Below, in pieces: positions 53,621 through 64,000 of a stretch of 64,000 nt of DNA (positions are counted from its first letter, which is position 1; each line of letters begins with the position of its first letter). The stretch covers positions 122,822,001 through 122,886,000 of the forward strand of contig OX597819.1 in NCBI GenBank assembly GCA_951406725.2, in the 5' to 3' direction. The notes below the pieces were generated by a model. That model ran no database searches, was not told the origin of the DNA, and worked only from the letters and a program-made list of their open reading frames with translations. The translations under genes and the position numbers were made by a program. Source of the DNA: Octopus vulgaris (taxonomy: Eukaryota).

Positions 53621-53851
53621 TTTATATTTTGAAATTAATAAGTATCTTTTCTGAAAATGGTATTTTGGGCCTACTGATCAACCATCGGATAGTCCAGTGA
53701 TGGATTAGGAAGCCGAAGCTTCGAAGTCACTGTCAATTCTATTCTCGTTAACAAGTACTGAATTTCTACTCCACAAAGCGTATTGAGTAATCCTTCAGTT
53801 TAACGGAAAATTATTTTCCTTATAACTTAACATAAAAACAAACATTATTGC

Positions 53852-53882
<31 letters not shown>

Positions 53883-53884
53883 CT

Positions 53885-53956
<72 letters not shown>

Positions 53957-53984
53957 TATATATGTATGTATGTATGTATGTATG

Positions 53985-54045
<61 letters not shown>

Positions 54046-54452
54046 GTGTGTATATGCAGTGAGATTTTCTTTTCTCTCGTTTTCTATAATATGGTGAATG
54101 GAATACTGTACATAATCATATAATCCTTATCTCCATGTAATGCATCATATCTATAATTGCAGATAATACCCCTTGTCATGCTATCTCCTCCGGCATACCC
54201 TATTAACATTCCGTGAGCTCCCCAGACACCGCCTATCCCAACCACAGCCGCGACCATCGCCACCACTGACGTTCCTATTTGTCGATGAACATCAGCGAAC
54301 AAATTCATAATAGCAAACAAAATCGATTTGCTAACTCCACAGATAAATGTTCCATTATTATTATCATTATTCTTGTTGTTGTTGTTGTTGTTGTTGATGT
54401 TATTGTTATTGTCGTTGTTGTAGTTGATAATGTTGACGTTATTATTAATAAT

Positions 54453-54760
54453 GTGGAGGCGCAATGGCCCGGTGGTTATGGCAGCGGACTCGCGGTCGGA
54501 GGATCGCGGTTTCGATTCCCATACCGGGCGTTGTGTGTGTTTATTGAACGAAAACACTGGAAAGCTCCAAGAGTCCCCGGCAGGGGGTGGTGGTGACCCC
54601 TGTTGTACTCTTTCGCTACCACTTTTTCTTACTCTCTATTCATGTTACTTGAGTAACGCTGCGATGGACTGGCGTCCCGTTCAGCTGGGGGGAACACATA
54701 CGCCACAGAAACCGGGAAACCGGGCCCACGAGCCTGGCGAGGCTTGAAAAGGGCGCATAA
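54453..54760 (+). mobile_element. SINE family C variant
   Basis: tRNA head plus the GCGATGGACTGGCGTCCCGT segment. Confidence 0.85.
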
Positions 54761-54785
54761 ATAAATAAGAAATTATTAATGATAA

Positions 54786-55005
54786 GGCGGTGAGCTGGTA
54801 GAATCGTTAGCAATCCGGGTAAAATGCTTGGCATTATTTCGTCTGTCACTACGTTCTGAGTTCGAATCCCGCCGAGATCGACTTTGCTTTTTATCCGTTC
54901 GGAGTCGATAAAATAAATACCAGTTACGCACTGGGGTCGATGTAATCGACTTAATCCCTTCCCCCAAATTTGAGAACTTGTGCTTCCAGTAAAAAGGATT
55001 ATTAT
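54786..55005 (+). mobile_element. SINE family B with the (ATT)n-ending tail
   Basis: B head and core followed by ...TTGTGC...AAAAGGATTATT. Confidence 0.85.
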
Positions 55006-55668
55006 TATTATTATTGTTGTTGTTGTTTTTGGTATTAAATCCTTAAATCCTTAAAAATGTTTTAGCCCGAAGGCCGCGGCCATGCTGGGGCACCACCGCG
55101 GTATTGTTGAAGTTATTATTGGCAAAAATTCTGCTTAGCACACTTTCTTCCGTCGTTATGGTCTGAAGTTCAAATTCCGCCGAGGTCGACATTGCCTTTC
55201 AACACTTTGGGATCAATAAAATAAGTACCAGTTAAACGTTGTGGTCCCTGTAATCAGCTTACCCACTTCCTGCGAAATGGCAGACCTTGTGCCAAAATTT
55301 GAAGTCATTATTATTATTGAAAGTTGCGAAAATGGCAAGAGTGGATGGTACCTCTTTAAGTGTAGACCTGTGAGTCGGAGAGAAGGAGATAGAGAGGGCC
55401 CTTGCTCCTAGGCTTTCAAGAAAATCTCAGACGGTGGGTTTCCTCGATTATCCCTCCAGGCCTTCCTCTATCTGGAGGCCCACATCTCTGTCGTACTCTC
55501 CGTCATTATTCTTACCTTTGTTTGCTATGCATATGTCCCTTTCTTTTCTGCGTATACGTTGTTTCTTTCTTTCCTTTTTTATCATTTCATTACATATTAT
55601 GTCTCTCTTTGTATTGTCCCCCCCATCCTTCGCCCTTGTGTCAAATGAATGAATCAATAATAATAATA

Positions 55669-55731
<63 letters not shown>

Positions 55732-55791
55732 TAATAAAATAATAATATTTATTATTATTATTATTATTATTGCTGTTGTTGTTGTTGTTAA

Positions 55792-56175
55792 GGTGGCGAG
55801 CTGGCAGAAACGTTAGTACGCCGGGCGAAATGCTTAGCGGTATTTCGTCTGTCGTCACGTTCTGAGTTCAAATTCCGCCGAGGTCGACTTTGCCTTTCAT
55901 CCTTCGGGGTCGATTAAATAAGTACCAGTTCCGCACTGGGGTCGATATAATCGACTTAATTCGTTTGTCTGTCCTTGTTTGTCCTCTCTGTGTTTAGCCC
56001 CTTGTGGGTAGTAAAGAAATAGGTATTTCACGGGTCGCTACGTTCTGAGTTCAAATTCCGCCTAGGTCGACTTTGCCTTACATCTTTCCGGGGTCGATAA
56101 AATTAAGTACCACTGAAAGACTGAGGTCGATTGCAAAAATTCAGGCCTTGTGCCTATACTAGAGAGGATTATTAT
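55792..56175 (+). mobile_element. SINE B composite: a Tx1-tailed unit followed by the remainder of an (ATT)n-tailed unit
   Basis: Junction at 56021/2, AAAGAAATA|GGTATTTC. Confidence 0.9.
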
Positions 56176-56867
56176 TATTATTTTTATTATTATTATTATA
56201 ATTATTATTATTGTCGTCGTCGTTGTTGTTGTTGTTGTTGTTGTAGCTGCCGTTGTTGTTGTTGTTGTTGTTTTTGTTATTGTTGTTTTTGTTGTTGTTG
56301 TAGCTGTTTTTATTCTTCATAATAAGGCGGTGTGTTGGTAGACTCATTAGCATGTCGATGTTGACTCTGTCTTCTATCCGTTCGGAATCGATAAAATAAG
56401 CACCAGTCGGTCACAAGGTCTGATGTGATGCAGTCCAGCAGACTTCTTCACCAACAACTTCAGGCCTTGTGTCTATAAACAGAAACGATGCTTCCTTTTC
56501 TTTCTATTTTCCTTTGTTCTCTTTAGTTATCTATTAGCATTTTTCCTCATATCTTTTTGATCTTAACATTATTCTCTTTGATCTTTTGAGTCTAACGCAA
56601 CCGATTTACCTAGAATGCCCCCCCCCCCTCTCCACCAAGTGGCTTGTTTTATTCCTTCATTTCTGTTCACTTTAATTAAGCCTTATATTTCTTCTCCATA
56701 TTTCCTGGATCTTACTTAAATCCTTCCGCTTTCTTTTGTTCTTTTCCAGAATAGTTCATTGTTCCTACGGTCTTTCGTTTCTCTTAACATTCCCATCTCT
56801 ATGATGACAGACGCAGTGATTATTATTATTATTATTATTATTATTATTGTTATTATTATTATTATTA

Positions 56868-56977
<110 letters not shown>

Positions 56978-56994
56978 ATTATTATTATTATTAC

Positions 56995-57048
<54 letters not shown>

Positions 57049-57078
57049 TACTACTACTACTACTATTATTATTACTAC

Positions 57079-57111
<33 letters not shown>

Positions 57112-57129
57112 AAAAATTATCATCATCAT

Positions 57130-57600
57130 TTAAGACGTCACACACTATCCAATATTGTGATGTTGTTGATTAAAGATATTGTGTCCACCGGGGGTTTGTA
57201 CTGTCTGTCAAATCAAAGCAAGGACCTCACACAGACAGTACTTTACGCAATATGCGGGCAGTTCCAAATAATGCCGATTTTTGAAATACACCTAAATTGT
57301 AGGTGTATTTACACAAATTGGCATCATTATTATTGTCATTATCATCTTCTTTGAATTCTGTTTCCCTTTCCTGCCGAGTGCCTTCCTGACATAGACAAAG
57401 AAATGCACTGTACACATTGGTAGGCCATTAAAATAAAACAGACTAGATTGTTCAGTTACAAAGTGATGTGATACAAAAAAAGGGAAAGAAGGTCAGAGAG
57501 AAAAGGAAAAAAAAAATCACAGCGACAATGCTCTTCTCAATACGCGTGATGTACCAGTTGAGACAATCTTTTTCCACGTCTAGTGTAGATGGTAAGCCAG
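57130..57600 (-). mobile_element. Two R4/Dong-like 3'-end fragments
   Basis: FQKSALFGTARILRKVLSV; the second fragment matches 34200-34430. Confidence 0.8.
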
Positions 57601-57612
57601 TATTATTAAGAA

Positions 57613-57840
57613 GGCGGCGAGCTGGCAGAAACGTTAGCACGTCGGGCGAAATGCTTAGCGGTATTTCGTCTGCCGTTACGTTGTGAGTTCAAATTCCGCC
57701 GAGGTTGACTTTGCCTTTCATCCTTTCGGGGTCGATAAATTAAGTACCAGTTCCGCACTGGGGTCGATGTAATCGATTTAATCCGTTTGTCTGTCATTGT
57801 TTGTCCCTTCTGTGTTTAGCCCCTTGTGGGTAATAAAGAA

Positions 57841-57843
<3 letters not shown>
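57613..57843 (+). mobile_element. SINE family B monomer (Tx1-type tail)
   Basis: TSD AGTATTATTA at 57599-57608 and 57844-57853. Confidence 0.9.
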
Positions 57844-57900
<57 letters not shown>

Positions 57901-57903
<3 letters not shown>

Positions 57904-58251
57904 TAGTTTTATTTTTATAGCGTGTTTTCACTTCACTACCGAGCACAGCTCTGTGTGCCTTGGGTATGTGCTGTGATTTGTTGTGATGCTCTGATGGTTA
58001 CTGTATTGAAAGTGTTCTGCGTAGGATGTGTGCAGTGCCTAGTAGTGCAATTTTCTGTATGTTATATGTGTTTGTAAGTCCTGGTGTTTTTGTTATGTAT
58101 TTGTCTGAATATTTTTTTATCATGCCTAATGCACCTACTATGATAGGAATTGTTTCTGTTTTTAGATTCCACATTCTGGTTACCTCTATTTCCAGGTCTT
58201 TGTATTTTGAAAGTTTCTCCATTTCTTTTAGAGACACGTTGTTATCTGCTG

Positions 58252-58252
<1 letters not shown>
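57901..58252 (-). mobile_element. R4/Dong-like RLE LINE 3' fragment inside (TAA)n
   Basis: ORF 57998-58237 EKLSKYKDLEIEVTRMWN...IPIIVGALG...IQKIALLGTAHILRRTL; TAA repeats on both sides. Confidence 0.88.
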
Positions 58253-58295
<43 letters not shown>

Positions 58296-59599
58296 GTTAT
58301 TATTATTTCGTCCGTTTACACGTTCTGCGTTCAAATGCCAGCGGAGTCGACTTTGCCTCCCACCCATTTGAGTCGATAAAATAGATACCAGTTGAACACT
58401 GGGATTAAAGCAAACGACTTCACCCCTCCTCGAAATTGCTGGCCTTGTGCCAAAATTTGAAATCATCGTCATCATCATCATCATCATCATCATTAATCTT
58501 TCGTAACACAGTGTGGGTAAAAATACACCGGAGTCTTTAGTCATCTGTCAAGTCACAACAAGGACCTCAGACACATAATACTTTCCTTAAGATGTGCGCT
58601 GTACCCAATAAGGCTGCTCTTTGCAAGACATCAATCTTGCATAGGATTTCCAGCTGCCTTAAGAAGTAGCCATACCAAATGATATGAATGTTGTGAGTAA
58701 AAAGGTTTTAAAAAATCACCAAGTACTCCGAATTGAAAGTGCTTCGTCTAGCACAGGTGAAACAGCTTGTGGAAGTGATTGAGTGGAGTGCATACATTGC
58801 CTTCCCAGTCGATGTTTTAGCAACAACTGCACGGAAGACGGTGATATACCGCTTGTGTGACGATATATGATAAAGGTGACGTTACAAAGTCAAGTTACAT
58901 AAATCAGAGTTGGGTGTGGAGTTCATAGAAACTGGACGAGCTCAAAGCGAGCAAGATTGTAACTACATATAGTATACATGGAGAATTCAGCTTTTCACCC
59001 CCGATACAAGAGAACCTCGAACAAGAACAATTCAGGAAACAACAAATAAAAGATCATAAAATGCAAGTGGCCATAACATACAAGTGCGCACTCTCAACTG
59101 TGGTTACATAGCATACGCGTGTATGCTTAGATTAATTCTACCCACTCTTAATCCTTTCCCTCCATTGTCACTTATTTTTACCAAGTTCATTGCATGGGAC
59201 CCTCATTCTATATTCTACGTGAAAATTCAAAAGTTGAGGGGCGGCTGAGCGAAGCGGAATGTGTCTGATTTGAGAATAGACGTGTTACCCTTGCCCACCA
59301 CACAGGTTCTTTCAACAGAAACACCAGACAGGGCGAGGGAAAATACCTCCCCTGCATTACTCAAGGAGGGCGGTGGGGCGATCTTCACTATCACTTCAGT
59401 TAAAAGCCATATCCGTCTAACACGCAACAACAAACACTCAACATAATCTTAAAAGTCAGTTTCTGTATGTATTTTGCGGTGTTCGAAGTATCTGCAAGTG
59501 CGGTGGCCGTGTGTTATCAGAGGGAGAAACAAAGTTAGTCATTTTGATGTTTTTTTTTTTTCTTTATGTATAATAGTAAGTTTGTGTTGTATGTGTTTA

Positions 59600-60800
59600 T
59601 GACGGTGAGTTTTGGGGGGTTTTTGCTATTTTTGTTTTAGTTTTTGTGTTGACCCTTTTGTGCCCAATACTGTTGGCTGTCTGCGGTGTTGATATTGGTG
59701 AAGGTGATGGAAGCGTGGATGATGGTGTATTATTGTTGTTTTCGGGTGGTTTTGATTTTTTTTTTTGGCTTGTTTATTTGTTGCTGTACTATTGTGCCCA
59801 TTTCTTAGTCTTTTACGTATGACTTTTGTCCATTCAATTCTGTCGGCCTCTCCGCACGACATGCCTGAGTGGTGAGTCGCGAAAGGGTAGTTCCAGTGGG
59901 TCGAAATTTTCTGATGTTTTTTCTGTTCTTCTGGCAATAGCTATGTTGTTGTTGTTTTTGTAGGCGCTGTGGTGGTGGTGGTGGTGGTTGTGGTCAGCGC
60001 CTCTGTTGTTGCTGGCGCTGTTGCCTCTCGTGTAGTTGTTGGTGGCGTTTTTGGCGTTGCTTCTGTAGTTGGGGTTGCTTCAGTTGTTGTGGTGTGGGTG
60101 GTGCTTGTACCAAGGGGATAATACCCACTTGTTTTAGTTGTGGGAAGAAGGTTTTCAGGTGGCTATTCTTTCCGCATAGATAGCATCTTGGCCTTCTGAC
60201 CTCAACTAAGACGTTCAGCATAGTGCCACCTGGAAGGTTGAGTTGGTCAGGAATTTGCTCCAAAACGTCTTTGCTTATTTGGATCATAATTTGCAATTCT
60301 TGATCTGTCCAGCTTTTTTTTTTTTACTGCTTCTCAACTTTTGTGATTCTGATTTTATCTTCCATATCAAGAAGGATGGCTGTGACAATCCAGCAAGCGT
60401 TCATTTCTGGTGGTATCTCCAGAATTTTTATCTCGGCGACACGCCGTCCCAAGTATGTTGGAACTAGGACATGTTCACTGTTTCTCAGCTGGGACGTTGA
60501 GTGCTGTTCTATTACGTCTTCTGCAGCAAGTCTAACTTCAATTGTGCCATATTTCTTACCCTCGCCAGATAAGTTACGTCTTTCCAAATGGTTGCATGCA
60601 TTTTTCAACTGCTTCTTTGTGGAAGTTTTATACGTTTACTTTTAGGTGGTATAGTTTTTTTACACTATGGTACGTTAGTTTGTTTTCTCTATAATATCTG
60701 GTGTTGTGTTTATCGAAACAAATCTTTCGCTTTTTTTTTACTTTTTAAAATGTTTCTGTAGTCTTTGAGAGAGTCTACAGAAACGTTGATAAATTCATTG
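59600..60800 (-). pseudogene. Degenerate Tx1/L1-like ORF1 (RRM-like region plus CCHC knuckle)
   Basis: GTIEVRL...PTYLGRRVAEIKILEIPPE and VEVRRPRCYLCGKNSHLK; frameshifted. Confidence 0.7.
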
Positions 60801-61169
60801 CTTGATTTTGCTATTGAAACAAAACCTCGGCTATTCAATGCATTGGGTTGTTGTTGTTGTTATTGTTGTTGTCTTCTTCATCTACTTCTAATCAGGACTC
60901 ATGCCATTAGCCACAAAGAATAATCTCTAATTCGAGCCTACTCTAAGCTACTAAAAATGCGTGTAGCAACTTGAAGATCCACCCACCACACACGATAGAC
61001 AGGCGGTTGCACGGGCGCGAAAGCTACGTTGTTATACTCATTGCGTAAACGGTGGCTTTTAACGGGTGGAGAGCTGAACCATCCTGGGGTACAGAGGATT
61101 CGCAATCTAGACTACGGTCTGAAAGTTTACCACACCATAGTTGGCGTTACACCATGGTTCCTCTGCTTT

Positions 61170-61369
61170 GTGGCAGAAGTAGGAAGAAAGAGTGAGAGAA
61201 AGTTGTGGTGAAAGAGTACAGCGGGGTTCACCACCCCTCTCTGCCTGAGCCTCGTAGAGCTTAGGTGTTTTTGCTCAATAAACACTCACAATGCCCGGTC
61301 TGGAAATCGAAACCGCGTTCTTACGACCGCGAGTTCGCTGCCCTAACGACTGGGCCATTGCGACTCCAC
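61170..61369 (-). mobile_element. SINE family C
   Basis: Reverse match to the C head and body. Confidence 0.85.
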
Positions 61370-61949
61370 TATATTGTTGTTGTTTGGTGTTCAATGTGTT
61401 AGCGTTAATGGGGGTAGTGGGAGGGGCCTTGGATTCACAGGTGTTGCGACGCTAGCAGCGTCCATTTGCTGAATTACCTTGCTCCTTTCCTCTTCTTTCT
61501 CGCGTTTCTTTTCTTCCTTTCCTCAGCGTTGTTCGGCATTGCAAGTGCTAGCAAGACTTAGGTCGTCCCTCTCTTTGCCTTTTAAGGCGCGGAATGGGTG
61601 GGGACAATTAATTTTAAAACTTTTTTGGCTGTCTTTCGACAGCAAAGGTGGTGGTGGTGGGAGGAAGTAAAAATGAAACGAAAAACTGACACTCTTCTCC
61701 AAGGACATTTTTTTGCTAATTTTAAACTCGCAAAACGAAAAAGCGGTGCTTTTAAATTGAAAATTCGCCCCAAAAAGGGAAAAAATAACTAGCGCCTAAC
61801 TGCTCAGCTCAGCAAGAGCCCAGTCGTGGTGGTCCCAGAAATATCGTAAAAAAATTTCTGATACAAAAATATTATCTGTAAAAATTACACAAAAACTTAC
61901 AGCTCAGGAACACACGTTGTTCCTCTTTGAGATCCACGAACAGAGTTCT

Positions 61950-62169
<220 letters not shown>

Positions 62170-62468
62170 TCAATTATTGTTAATCATGCCTTTCTTTGAA
62201 GCATTTCTCTGAATTAAATGCAGATTATAGAACATACAGGTTACCCGAGTTATTCTATTATATTTTTCCCTTTTACTTTCTTTCTTTCAATCTTTCTTTC
62301 TTTCCTTCTATCTTTCTTTCTTTCTGTCTGTCTGTCTTTCTTTCTTTCTTTCCTTCTTTCTTTCTTTCTGTCTGTCTTTCTTTCTTTCTGTATTTCTTCG
62401 TTTCTTATTTTCTTTCCTTTTCTGTTTTAGTTCCTTTCATCGAGTGTCATTATTTTGTTCATATATCA

Positions 62469-62698
62469 GGCGGCGAGCTGGCAGAGTCGTTAGCACGCCG
62501 GGCGAAATGCTTAGCAGTATTTCGTCTGTCGTTACGTTCTGAGTTCAAATTCCTCCGAGGTCGACTTTGCCTTTCATCCTTTCGGGGTCGATAAATAAAG
62601 TTCCAGTTTCGCACTGGGGTCGATATAATCGACTTAATCCGTTTGTCTGTCCTTGTTTGACCCTCTATGTTTAGCCCCTTGTGAGCAGTAAAGAAATA
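62469..62698 (+). mobile_element. SINE family B monomer (Tx1-type tail)
   Basis: 16-bp TSD TATTTTGTTCATATAT at 62451-62466 and 62699-62714. Confidence 0.92.
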
Positions 62699-63229
62699 TA
62701 TTTTGTTCATATATATTTTTGTGCATGATTGCAAAAGGTGTGCGTGTGCGCGTATACGTTCATATCTGCATATGTGATTTTCTGAAGTTGTTAAATTTCT
62801 TCCAGCCACTTCAAGTATTTTCAAATTTTCATCAGAATATTTTTTAAAGTTATGTCCTCTTAACCAATCAAAGAGGTCCATTGCTAACACGTTGCCAACC
62901 AGAACTGTCTCTTGTCATGGAAAACCAGCAATGACAACGAAGATAACTATACGTAGTTTCTCGACCAGCTACATACGGCAGTCAAATCTCCTTTAAACTA
63001 CGTCATAAAAAAGAGAGGGCGACACATTATATAATGCAATTGGAGGTTTTGGTTTTACATTCAAAAATTAGAGCACCAATGCTTCGTATGTGTTAATAAC
63101 AATCACGTGCGTAGAGCTTGTATGTAATCTGTATTTATGGTTACATATTTAGCGTGACTCTAGAAAGTATTGCAATACAATGGCGCTCTAATTGTGAATT
63201 ACAAGACCAATACTGTCATATAATGTGTA

Positions 63230-63390
63230 GAAGAAGTGGATGTGTGGTAAGTAGCTTGCTTACCAATCACATGGTTCTGGGTTCACTCCCACTGCGTGGC
63301 ACCTTCGGCAAGTGACTTCTACTATAGCCTCGGGCCAACCAAAGCATTGTGAGTGGATTTGGTAGACGGAAACTGAAAGGAGCCAGTCGT
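63230..63390 (+). mobile_element. SINE family A, 5' half
   Basis: Head match. Confidence 0.85.
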
Positions 63391-63866
63391 ATATATGTAG
63401 ATAAGTATATATATATCTATATCTATATCTCTATATATATATATATATATATATCTATATATATATATATATATATAGATATATGCGTGTGTGTGTGTGT
63501 GTGTGTGTGTGTTTAAAGAGCTAAAAACCACTATGTGGACAGCCATATGCTAGAAGTAGATCACCTACGTCTCTGATTTTTCAGATTTTTGTATGCTAGG
63601 CTACTGGTTTTAAATTGATATTAATTAAATTAAGATTCAATTTACCTCCCTCGTTATTTAAATATATATATATATATATATAATACAAAATGAGAAAATG
63701 GAGAAATATATCTAAATCATTCATCAACTATCAGATAATACCGAATCATATACATTATTAAAACACTACACAAGAGCATAAAGATTAGGCATTAATACAG
63801 TACAATAATTACAATCAATATAATGAGATATAACTAAATAAATATAACAAGATATAAAAATACATA

Positions 63867-63998
63867 TACATTATAACTGACAGCTGTTTCGGCCATACAG
63901 ATAGGTATGTCTCATTTAACCTATATTAGCCATATATTGCAGGTATAAATGAGACATTAACAAAATTATCTTACGGCCTCTTCGGAGATTCTAATGTA
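63867..63998 (-). ncRNA. Type I hammerhead ribozyme motif with an expanded stem II, in a Penelope-like terminus (~63683-64000)
   Basis: Minus strand: TACATTAgAAtCT-CCGAAGA-GGCCGTA...TATGGCC-GAAA-CAGCTG-TC-AGTTaTAATGTA. Confidence 0.7.
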
Positions 63999-64000
63999 GG

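Overview
This is AT-rich, repeat-dominated eukaryotic intergenic or intronic DNA with no recognisable intact host gene. The SINE families resemble octopus OK/OR-type tRNA-derived SINEs, so a cephalopod origin is inferred but not proven. Nearly all ORF-track entries are microsatellite or SINE artefacts. The window holds: three tRNA-derived SINE families; remnants of non-LTR retrotransposons (Tx1/L1, R4/Dong-like RLE, CR1-like, RTE); Penelope-like termini with minimal hammerhead ribozyme motifs; Tc1/mariner remnants; two non-autonomous Helitrons; a TTAGGG-containing MITE; many microsatellites; and a 2.5-kb A-tract satellite inside a SINE. Main observations: (1) a SINE carrying a Tx1-derived 3' tail repeatedly inserts at the same GGTATTT site in its own head, building nested arrays; (2) three different LINEs each sit in a different microsatellite class, (TATC)n, (TACA)n and (TAA)n; (3) two hammerhead motifs share a CCGANGA core variant; (4) there are local template-switch duplications.
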